DNA of 60,046 nucleotides, from the NCBI GenBank assembly GCA_051005355.1, contig JBPCJL010000105.1, positions 1 to 60,046 of the forward strand, in the 5' to 3' direction. Of this stretch, positions 34,904 to 42,805 are shown piece by piece (position 1 is the first letter of the stretch; the number at the start of each line of letters is the position of its first letter). A program made the translations under genes and the position numbers. The notes under the pieces are model-generated. The model was not told where the DNA came from. It made no database searches and saw only the letters and a list, made by a program, of their open reading frames with translations. Source of the stretch: Ilumatobacteraceae bacterium (lineage in GTDB: Bacteria; Actinomycetota; Acidimicrobiia; Acidimicrobiales; Ilumatobacteraceae).

Positions 34904-36189
34904 CGCGCGTCGAGCGCGTCGAGCGCGTGGAGGCGGTCAGCGAGCGTGTCGTACAGACCGCGGCGGATCTCGGCGAGGTGCGCGAGGCGGGCATGGCGGG
35001 ACGGGTCCGGGTCGATCGAGCACGCCGGCGCCAGCTCGATTGGGTGACCGAGGGCGGTGAGGGCGAGCACCGCCGCGCCCCGGCCGCTGTCGAGGTCGAA
35101 GGCGTCGAGCGGCGCGCCGAGGGCGTCCGCCAACGAATGAGCCAGCGCCACGTTGCGTAGGGCGCCCCCTGCGGCCCGCCAACGTGCCACCTCGCCGCTC
35201 ACCGGTCGCAGTCGTTCGGCGATGTCGGCGGCGGCCAGCGCGACCGCGTCGATGACGGCGCGGTAGAGGTGGATCCGGTCGGTGCGGGCGGTAAGCCCGA
35301 GCACGAGGCCGCGAGCCCGATCGTCCCAGATCGGCGCCCGCTCCCCGTCGAGGTGGGCCAGGGCGAGGAGTCCGCCGGCACCCGGACCGGCGTCGTGGGC
35401 CGCGTCGGCGAGATCGCCATGGTCGAGCAGGTCAGCGGCCCACTCGATCGCGGAGCCGGCGGTCGAGGTCCACCCGCCGACGAACTGACCCGCGCCAACG
35501 TGGGCGACGGAGCGCAGGCCGTCCGGGACGGCCGGTGCGTCGTCGGCGATGACACCGAGGACGAGCGTGCTGCCGACGAGCAGGCCGGCGTCGCCGGCGT
35601 CGACGGCGCCAATGGCACGGAGGTCGACGAACGAGTCGTAGGTCCCCACGACCACGGGCGTGCCCGCCGGCACGCCGATCACGCCCGCCGCCGCAGCGCA
35701 CACCTCGCCGGCGATCGCCGTCGGCTCGAGCGGGTCGGGCCGGGCGACGATCGAGCCACGGTGGTCCTCGGCCGTGATCCGGTCCATCACCGGGCGGCCG
35801 ACGAGCGCCGACACCAGCGCACCGGTGGCGTCGAGCTGCCATGCGCTGGCCGTCGGTTCGGTGCGCGCAAGCGCCGCTGCGACCTGGCGGACGGGGTCGT
35901 CGCTCGACAGCAGCTCGCCGGTCCACACCGGCTGCAGGTCCTCGTCGACGAGTACGGGCAGCGGTCCGAAGGCGCCGATCGCCAGTGCGCCGACGCCGCC
36001 CTCGATGCGAGCATCGGCGCAGGCGGCCCGGACCGCGTGGCCAGCGTCGCGCAACCACTCGTCCGGTGTTCCGAGGCCGGCCGGTCGAGCCGCCCGTCCC
36101 GCCCCGACCGTGATGCCGCGCTCGTCGACGACTGCGGCTCGCGCCCCGGAGACGCCGACGTCGACGCCAACGACGAGCTCGCCGTTCAT
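34900..36189 (-). CDS. FGGY-family carbohydrate kinase
   Basis: Trimmed to MNGELVVGVDVGVSGARAAVVD (ATG 36189). GGWTSTAGSAIEW and the second actin-fold half AAGGALRN. Confidence 0.85.
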   Translation of the reverse strand: MNGELVVGVDVGVSGARAAVVDERGITVGAGRAARPAGLGTPDEWLRDAGHAVRAACADARIEGGVGALAIGAFGPLPVLVDEDLQPVWTGELLSSDDPVRQVAAALARTEPTASAWQLDATGALVSALVGRPVMDRITAEDHRGSIVARPDPLEPTAIAGEVCAAAAGVIGVPAGTPVVVGTYDSFVDLRAIGAVDAGDAGLLVGSTLVLGVIADDAPAVPDGLRSVAHVGAGQFVGGWTSTAGSAIEWAADLLDHGDLADAAHDAGPGAGGLLALAHLDGERAPIWDDRARGLVLGLTARTDRIHLYRAVIDAVALAAADIAERLRPVSGEVARWRAAGGALRNVALAHSLADALGAPLDAFDLDSGRGAAVLALTALGHPIELAPACSIDPDPSRHARLAHLAEIRRGLYDTLADRLHALDALDAR

Positions 36190-37283
36190 CCTTCGACCGG
36201 CACCAGCGCCAGCTCGAGGCGGATGAAGCCGGCCGTGCTCTCGTCCAGCGTGCCCAGTGGTCGCTCGCGCACCGACGCGACGACGGTCGGATGCTGGACC
36301 GTGGACGTCGCGACGTCGAGGACGCGGCGCACGATTGCTCTCGCCAGGTGCACGCCGAGGCAGAGGTGCGGCCCGGCGCCGAAGGAGAGGTGGCGGTTGG
36401 GCGTGCGTCGGAGGACGCATTCGTCGGGTCGTTCGAAGACGCTCGGATCACGGTTGGCCTCGCGGAACCCGAGGGCGACGGGCGTGCCGGCGGCGATGGC
36501 ATGCTCACCGAGCCGCGTGTGCTGGGTGGTGACGCGGGCGATCGCCGGCAGCGGCGTCACGATGCGGATCAGCTCGTCCGTCGCCGTCTCGAGCACGCTG
36601 CGGTCGGCGACCAACGCGTCCCAGTGCTCCCGGTGGCGGGCGAGGTGGAACAGCGCTCCGGCCACGGCATCGCTCGTCGTGTCGCGCCCTGCGCCGAGCA
36701 CGAGCGTGGCGAGGCCACGCAGCTCTGCCGCGGTGACGGCGCGACCCAGCCTGGCGAAGAGGTCGTCGCCCGAGGAGCGATCACGCGCGGCGACGAGCTG
36801 GTCGAGGTAGTCGTCGAAGTCGGCGTTCGCCCGGTCGGCCGTGTACACGAGCTTGCCCCACGACCGCCAGCGCGATTCGTCCTGCGGCCGCCCGGTCAGG
36901 TCGGTCAGGGCGCGCACGAAGACCGGGACGGTCAGCTCTCCGACCACCTCGAGGGTGCCGCGCTGGGCTGCTCGTCTCATGATCTCGCCTACGTGCGATC
37001 TGATCGCGTCATCGATGCGGGCGATGCGGCGCCGATCGAAGTGTTCGACCAGCAGCGCCCGGTAGACACCGTGGCGCGGCGGATCGCTCTCCAGCGGGAG
37101 CTGGGCGTGCGTGCGCACGGCCCGTTCGTCGGGGATGGGGACGCCGGCGACGATCGCCGACGAGAAGCGCCGCCAATCGATCGCCGCCGCCCGCACATCC
37201 GCGTAGGACCGCAGGTGGGCGTAGGAGCAGCGCCCGAGCGGCGAGTCGACGACGAGCGTGTCGAGTTCCTTCGACTCGTTCAA
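36186..37283 (-). CDS. Cytochrome P450 (short, ~365 aa)
   Basis: I-helix LGAGRDTTS, ExxR in ETATDELIR, heme loop FGAGPHLCLG. The only start compatible with the upstream gene is TTG 37283, in a TTGA overlap with the Gfo stop. Confidence 0.8.
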   Translation of the reverse strand: MNESKELDTLVVDSPLGRCSYAHLRSYADVRAAAIDWRRFSSAIVAGVPIPDERAVRTHAQLPLESDPPRHGVYRALLVEHFDRRRIARIDDAIRSHVGEIMRRAAQRGTLEVVGELTVPVFVRALTDLTGRPQDESRWRSWGKLVYTADRANADFDDYLDQLVAARDRSSGDDLFARLGRAVTAAELRGLATLVLGAGRDTTSDAVAGALFHLARHREHWDALVADRSVLETATDELIRIVTPLPAIARVTTQHTRLGEHAIAAGTPVALGFREANRDPSVFERPDECVLRRTPNRHLSFGAGPHLCLGVHLARAIVRRVLDVATSTVQHPTVVASVRERPLGTLDESTAGFIRLELALVPVEG

Positions 37284-38437
37284 GGTCGCAGTGGCGCCAG
37301 TTCGAACGTGGTCGTGAGCGGCTGGGTCTGACCGGTCTCGGCGGCCCGGTAGCCGCTCTCGATGATGTCGACGACGTGCCGGGCGTGCTCGGCCGTCGCC
37401 TCCGACGCCACGCCGTCGCGCACCCAGCGCACGAGCTGCATGATGTCCTCGAACACGTGCGACTCCGCGATCTCGAGGTGCGGACCAGTGACGTGGTCGA
37501 GCACGCGCATCTGGCCCTCCCAGTCCTCCGACGACGCACCCATCGTGCGCTCCTTGCGCTCGTAGTCGATCTCGACGCCGTTCAGCTGGAGGCCGGCCAG
37601 CGTGCCGGTCGTGCCGAAGAACGTCGTGGCGCCGAAGTCGCCCGGCAGCGCCTCCGCCGACGCCGTCCCGTAGGCCACGACGAACCGACCGGCGCCGAAG
37701 TCGAGCAGCAGGACGCTGTTGTCGTCGGCGTCGACGCCAACCTCGGCGCCGGCGAAGCTGCGCACGGGCAGCACCTGACCGGACATCGCCGTCACGGCGC
37801 GAGCGGGACCGAGGATCCCGGTCAGCTGGTGCAGCGCGTAGACCGTCATGTCGTAGAGCGGTCCACCGCCGGGCTTGCGGAAGTACCACGTCGGGTCGAT
37901 GGTGGTGCCGCCGGGTGCATCGGTGCGCTCCGGCTCCTCCTCGTGGTACACCCCGAACGCACACCCGCAGACGCCCCAGGCCAGCCGCCCGATGGCGCCG
38001 TCATCGAGCAGGCGCCGGATCGCCTTGACCTGCGGCCGCAGCACCTCGCCTGGCGAGGCGACGATGCGCAGGTCGCGCGCTCGCGCCAACTTGATCAACG
38101 CGTCGGCCTCGGCGACGGTGGTGGAGATCGTCTTGTTCACGTGCAGGTGCAAGTCAGCTTCGAGCACCTTGCGACCGTGCTCGGCATGCAGGCCGATCGG
38201 CGTCACGAGCGTCACGGCGTCGAGCTCGGCCTGGGCGAGCATCTCGTCGAGGTCCCCGTAGGCCTTGGGGACGTCGAACATCTTCGCCGCCGCAGTGGCC
38301 CGATCGAGGTCGTGGTCGCAGACGGCCGCCACGGTCAGCCGGTCGGCGACGTCGGGCTGCGTCAGGTGGGGCAGCACGGCCCGCAAGGTCAGGGTGCCGA
38401 CGCCGGCGATGCCGATCCGTGTCGGTGGTGAGGTCAT
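37280..38437 (-). CDS. Gfo/Idh/MocA-family oxidoreductase (EKP motif replaced by NKT)
   Basis: RIGIAGVGTL Rossmann start. HLHVNKTIS at the usual EKP position. 385 aa. Confidence 0.8.
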   Translation of the reverse strand: MTSPPTRIGIAGVGTLTLRAVLPHLTQPDVADRLTVAAVCDHDLDRATAAAKMFDVPKAYGDLDEMLAQAELDAVTLVTPIGLHAEHGRKVLEADLHLHVNKTISTTVAEADALIKLARARDLRIVASPGEVLRPQVKAIRRLLDDGAIGRLAWGVCGCAFGVYHEEEPERTDAPGGTTIDPTWYFRKPGGGPLYDMTVYALHQLTGILGPARAVTAMSGQVLPVRSFAGAEVGVDADDNSVLLLDFGAGRFVVAYGTASAEALPGDFGATTFFGTTGTLAGLQLNGVEIDYERKERTMGASSEDWEGQMRVLDHVTGPHLEIAESHVFEDIMQLVRWVRDGVASEATAEHARHVVDIIESGYRAAETGQTQPLTTTFELAPLRP

Positions 38438-39537
38438 TGGCGGAACGCTCCTTCGGTCGAGCCGATGGCGCTGAAGGTCGTCGTGAGGTCGGCGGCGACA
38501 CCCTCGGTGGCCGATCGGTCAGCGGCATGGACGATGTCGATCACGTGCGTGGCGTGTTCCGCCGACAGCACGTTGGAAGTACCGCTGAGCACGCAATCGA
38601 CGAGGTGGGCGACGCCGAGCAGGTGATCCGGCCCGTCGGCGCGCGCTTCGGGAAGGTGCTCGTCGGTCCAGCTACTGCCGTCGTGAACGCGCAGCGGCGC
38701 CGTCATGTCGATCAGTTGAAAGGCGATCGTGCCGGTCTCACCGTCGAGCTCGACGTCCGGGGTCGCCGAAGCGCCGAGGGTGGCGAAGTCACTGCGCACG
38801 GTGGCCACCGCCCCGCAGTCGAAGCGCAGGGTCACGTGCCAGGTGTCGTCGACGTCGACCGGGATCGTCCGGCCGCCCATCGATCCGTCGAGCTGGACGA
38901 AGTCCGCGCGGGATCGCGTCGCCATCGCCGTGACACGCCGCACCGGGCCGAGCAGCCCGGTGAGCGCGTGCAGCGGGTACACGCCGATGTCGACGAGCGG
39001 TCCGGATCCGACGGCGAAGAAGGGCGACGGGTCGCTCTCGTAGCCGGCCCACGGCGGCAGTCCGCCGAGGAACTGGCCGGTGGCGTTCCACACCGAACCG
39101 ATGGCGCCGGCGGCGAGCAGCTGTCGCGCCCGCGCGACCTGTGGGAAGACCATCACCGAGGGTGCGCAGACGAGTACCACGCCCTGGCGCTCGGCGGCGG
39201 TGGTGAGCTCGACGGCCTCGGGGACGGTCGGGGCGAACGGCTTCTCGCTGTACAGGTGGCGCCCCGCTTCGATCGCGGCCCGGTTGACGTCTCCGTGCAG
39301 CCGCGCCGGCGTGAGGTTGACCACGGCATCGACGTCGTCCCGGGCCAGCAGTTGCTCGTAGCCGGCACAACTGGCCGGGAGGGCGAACCGTTCGGCGACG
39401 GCCGCCGCTCTGCGCCCGTCGCTCGAAGCGATGGCCACGATGCGAGCTCGCGGATGGAGGCGGTGCGCCTCGGGCAGGTAGTCGCGCGTCGCCACGTCGC
39501 CGGCACCGACGACGCCGATGCGCAGCTCGTCCGTCAC
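38434..39537 (-). CDS. Gfo/Idh/MocA-family oxidoreductase
   Basis: ORF 38434..39624(-). GTG 39537 gives MTDELRIGVVGAGDVA. HLYSEKPFAP. ATG 39624 would add 29 atypical residues. Confidence 0.8.
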   Translation of the reverse strand: MTDELRIGVVGAGDVATRDYLPEAHRLHPRARIVAIASSDGRRAAAVAERFALPASCAGYEQLLARDDVDAVVNLTPARLHGDVNRAAIEAGRHLYSEKPFAPTVPEAVELTTAAERQGVVLVCAPSVMVFPQVARARQLLAAGAIGSVWNATGQFLGGLPPWAGYESDPSPFFAVGSGPLVDIGVYPLHALTGLLGPVRRVTAMATRSRADFVQLDGSMGGRTIPVDVDDTWHVTLRFDCGAVATVRSDFATLGASATPDVELDGETGTIAFQLIDMTAPLRVHDGSSWTDEHLPEARADGPDHLLGVAHLVDCVLSGTSNVLSAEHATHVIDIVHAADRSATEGVAADLTTTFSAIGSTEGAFRQ

Positions 39538-39642
39538 GACGCCATCGCCGGGTTCGACCTGGCCGACGGTCCGCCCACCTCCGTCGAGGCGGCACGATGC
39601 ATCGACACTGCGGCAGCCTGCCATGGCGCGACGCGAGGGTCA

Positions 39643-39675
39643 ACAACTGGTCTGCATTGGTCTCAGACCAGTTGT
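39643..39675. promoter_or_regulatory. dre-like (HutC/GntR-type) operator array: ACAACTGGTCTG-N9-CAGACCAGTTGT with nested TGGTCTcAGACCA
   Basis: Perfect 12-bp arms (39643-54 / 39664-75). There is a third TGGTCT half-site at 39658-63, 1 nt from AGACCA (39665-70). The half-sites equal the DasR/NagR-type dre half-site ACTGGTCT as I recall it. Located between the divergent Gfo operon and the ROK kinase gene. Confidence 0.5.
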
Positions 39676-39711
39676 CAATGGCGGAGCGCAACGTCGTGGG
39701 AGGATCGTCGG

Positions 39712-40527
39712 ATGGCGACGGCGATCGGCATCGACGTCGGAGGGACGAAGATCGCCGCCGGCCTCGTGGAGGTGGAGACGGGCCGGATCAGCGAGGCGGT
39801 GGTGGTGCTCACGCTGGCGTCGCGCCCGCCGATCGAGATCCTGCGCCAGTGCGTGGCGATCGCCGCCGATCTCGCCGATCACGCGCCCGCCCGCCCCGTC
39901 GCCATCGGCATCGGCGTGTGCGAGCTCGTCGGCCGGGATGGCCGCATCACCAGTGCCAACAGCTTCGACTGGCGCACGCTCGACGTCGCTGCTGCGTTCG
40001 CCGCGCTCGGTCCATGCCGTGTCGAGTCCGACATGCGTGCCGCCGCCCGCGCCGAGTCGTGCGTCGGTGCCGGGGCGAGCTTCGAGTCGTTCCTCTACGC
40101 CGGCGTCGGGACCGGCGCGGCGTGTGCGCTCGTCGACGGCGGCGTCGTGCGCGTCGGCGCTCGCGGCAACGCAACATACCTCGGGACACCGGCGCTGGAA
40201 CCGCGCAGCGGCGGCGCCGAGCTGAACCGGCGTTTCGGCGCTGACCTCGACGGTGCGATGGACGATCCCGCCGTCGCCGAGGCGATCGCGCGTGCCGCCG
40301 CCGATGTCGGCGAGGCGATCGGCATCGTCGTCAACGCCGTCGACCCGGACGCCGTCGTCGTGGGTGGCGGCCTCGGGACGAACGAGCGCTACTTCACCTG
40401 GCTCGAGGCTGCGGTGCGGGCGACGATCTACGCACGCGATACGGCCCAGCTGCCGATCGTGCGATCCACCCTCGGCGGCTACGCCGGTGTGATCGGCGCA
40501 GCCATGGCGGCGTGGGATCATCTGTGA
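39712..40527 (+). CDS. ROK-family sugar kinase (no N-terminal HTH)
   Basis: 3' part of ORF 38419..40527(+). ATG 39712 with gggagga 7 nt upstream. IGIDVGGTKIAAGLV. 271 aa. Confidence 0.85.
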   Translation: MATAIGIDVGGTKIAAGLVEVETGRISEAVVVLTLASRPPIEILRQCVAIAADLADHAPARPVAIGIGVCELVGRDGRITSANSFDWRTLDVAAAFAALGPCRVESDMRAAARAESCVGAGASFESFLYAGVGTGAACALVDGGVVRVGARGNATYLGTPALEPRSGGAELNRRFGADLDGAMDDPAVAEAIARAAADVGEAIGIVVNAVDPDAVVVGGGLGTNERYFTWLEAAVRATIYARDTAQLPIVRSTLGGYAGVIGAAMAAWDHL

Positions 40528-40725
40528 GCTCAGCGGGCGGAGATCGACAGGGCGGAGATCGACACGGACAGCTCACCGATCTCGCGAGCAACGTTCGCCG
40601 CAACGCACGGAGGCGGCACTCGCCGAGCGCGACGCCGCCTACCCGCGTCCGGCCGCGGAATGCAGTGGTGCGGGGGGCGGTCTGTGTGCTGGGCTGGCGA
40701 CGCCGATCTCACCGAGGAGGGCCTG

Positions 40726-40836
40726 ATGCGCCAAGCGTTGCTGTTCATCGATCCGGGACTTGATGCCGATCTGAAGGACGTGACGCGAATTGGCGACGTT
40801 GAACTTGGGGATCCTGGCGCACGTCGACGCCGGTAA
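40726..40836 (+). promoter_or_regulatory. Candidate leader-peptide uORF (36 codons) overlapping the start of the ribosomal protection gene
   Basis: AGGAGG (40715-20), 5 nt, then ATG 40726. Encodes [36 protein letters not shown] and stops at TAA 40834-36, 47 nt into the TTG-started main ORF in another frame. It has unusually many A/T-ending codons for this genome. Confidence 0.25.
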
Positions 40837-42787
40837 GACCACCCTCACCGAACGGCTGCTGCACGCGGCTGGGGTCATCGACGAGATCGGTCGCGTCGAC
40901 GACGGCACAACGCAGACCGACTCGCTCGCCCTGGAGCGCCAACGCGGGATCACGATCAAGTCCTCCGTCGTGTCCTTCGTGGTCGACGGCGTGACGATCA
41001 ACCTCATCGAAACGCCTGGACACCCAGACTTCATCGCCGAGGTCGAACGCGTGCTCGGCACCCTCGACGGCGCCGTCCTGGTCGTTTCGGCGGTCGAGGG
41101 CGTGCAGTCGCAGACGTTGCTGCTGTTTCGCGCGTTGCGCCGGCTCGGCGTGCCCACGGTCGTGTTCATCAACAAGATCGACCGAGTCGGCGCCGACGGC
41201 CAACGAGTGCTCGCAGCCCTCGCGAAGCGCCTCGCCGCGAAGGTCCTGGCGATGGGGGCGCATTGGGGCGTCGGCACGAAACGAGCCGGCGTCGCATCGC
41301 ATCGGCTTGACGATCCGACCTTCGCCGAGGCTGCCATCGAGGTGCTGGCCACCAACGACGACGCGATCCTGCACCGTTACCTCGACGAGGCATCGATCGC
41401 TCCCGGCCCACTGGGCGAGGCGCTCACCGCACAGACGGCGCTACTGCAGATCGTGCCCGTGTACTTCGGCGCGGCCCTGACCGGTGTCGGCGTCGAAGAT
41501 CTCCTGCACGCGATCCCCAAGCTGCTGCCCTCCGTCGAGGGCGAGTGGACGGGACCGGCGTCCGGGGCGGTGTTCAAGATCGAGCGGGGACCGAGCGGCG
41601 AGAAGATCGCCTTTGTGCGCATGTTCTCCGGGACACTACGGACGCGGGATCGCCTTCAGCTCGGCGTCGACGTCGAGACCGTCACCGCGATCGAGGTCTT
41701 CGATCGCGCCACGACGCAGTCGCGTCCGGCGACCCATGCGGGCGAGATCGCCAAGGTCCACGGACTCTCGACCGCACGCATCGGCGACACCTTCGGCCCG
41801 AGCGCCCGCACCATCGACCAGCACGCCTTCGCCCCACCCACCCTGGAAACTGCGATCGCCCCCCGGCGCGAGGGCCAGAAGCGGGCCGTGTTCGAGGCGC
41901 TCACCGAACTCGCCGAACAGGATCCGCTCATCAACCTGCGCCAGGACGACACCCGACAAGAGCTGTACCTGTCGCTGTACGGAGAGGTGCAGAAGGAGAT
42001 CGTCGCCCAGACACTGGCCGGTGACTACGGACTCGACATCGACTTCCGACCGACGACACCGGTCTGCATCGAGCGACCGGACTGCGTCGGCGCAGCCGTC
42101 GAACTGCTCCGACCTGGCCGGTCGCCGAGCCATCCGTTCCTGGCCACCGTCGGCTTGGAGATCTCGCCACTGCCGCCCGCCTCGGGCGTGACCTTCGAGC
42201 TCGCCGTGAATGTCAAGTCGATCCCGATCCACGTCTTCGACAGCGTCGACGCGTTCCGTCAGCTCATGCAGCGCACCGTTCTCGACACGCTGCGCCAAGG
42301 CATCCACGGCTGGGCGGTCACCGACTGCCGCGTCGTCATGACCGACTGCGGCTACCGGGCACCGCCGCGCAAGTGGCCCGGCACGACCCTGTCGGACTAC
42401 CGGCTCCTCACGCCGCTCGTGCTGATGGCGGCGCTGCAGCAGGCCGGCACGACCGTGCTCGAACCCGTCCTCGAGTTCCATGTGAAGTTCCCCGTCCAAG
42501 ACCTCGGCCCGATCATGTCGATCCTCAGGGAACTCGAAGCCCACCCCCGCTCGCCGAACACGAACGGCTCGATCTCCGTGCTGGAGGGCGTGATCCGGGT
42601 GGCGCCGTTCCATCAGCTGCAAACACGGCTCCCCGAACTCACCCGCGGCGAGGGCGTCATCGAGTCTGCGTTCGCCGGCTACCGCCCGGTTCACGGCGCG
42701 CCCCCTTCCCGCCCACGGACCGACCGCAACCCGCTCGACCGGGTCGACTACCTCCGCCGCGTCACCCGCCCATCCCTGCTCACGTGA
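40790..42787 (+). CDS. Tet(M)/Tet(O)/OtrA-like ribosomal protection GTPase (EF-G paralogue)
   Basis: TTG start. [20 protein letters not shown] (G1), [22 protein letters not shown] (G3), INKIDR (G4). 665 aa and collinear with Tet(M) through domains IV and V ([10 protein letters not shown]..., [12 protein letters not shown]). Confidence 0.85.
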   Translation: MATLNLGILAHVDAGKTTLTERLLHAAGVIDEIGRVDDGTTQTDSLALERQRGITIKSSVVSFVVDGVTINLIETPGHPDFIAEVERVLGTLDGAVLVVSAVEGVQSQTLLLFRALRRLGVPTVVFINKIDRVGADGQRVLAALAKRLAAKVLAMGAHWGVGTKRAGVASHRLDDPTFAEAAIEVLATNDDAILHRYLDEASIAPGPLGEALTAQTALLQIVPVYFGAALTGVGVEDLLHAIPKLLPSVEGEWTGPASGAVFKIERGPSGEKIAFVRMFSGTLRTRDRLQLGVDVETVTAIEVFDRATTQSRPATHAGEIAKVHGLSTARIGDTFGPSARTIDQHAFAPPTLETAIAPRREGQKRAVFEALTELAEQDPLINLRQDDTRQELYLSLYGEVQKEIVAQTLAGDYGLDIDFRPTTPVCIERPDCVGAAVELLRPGRSPSHPFLATVGLEISPLPPASGVTFELAVNVKSIPIHVFDSVDAFRQLMQRTVLDTLRQGIHGWAVTDCRVVMTDCGYRAPPRKWPGTTLSDYRLLTPLVLMAALQQAGTTVLEPVLEFHVKFPVQDLGPIMSILRELEAHPRSPNTNGSISVLEGVIRVAPFHQLQTRLPELTRGEGVIESAFAGYRPVHGAPPSRPRTDRNPLDRVDYLRRVTRPSLLT

Positions 42788-42805
42788 CCCTAAGGTGCAA
42801 CGCCG

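Noticed and set aside
39538-39624. ATG 39624 as the start of the first Gfo/Idh/MocA gene
   Set aside because: It would add 29 residues (MAGCRSVDASCRLDGGGRTVGQVEPGDGV) ahead of the Rossmann beta-1 strand, which are atypical for the family. GTG 39537 gives the canonical N-terminus. This remains unresolved without experimental data.
40535-40564. Two tandem copies of gggcggagatcgaca just after the ROK kinase stop
   Set aside because: There are only two 15-bp units and no further structure apart from a short complementary cgatctc downstream. This is insufficient to assign a function.
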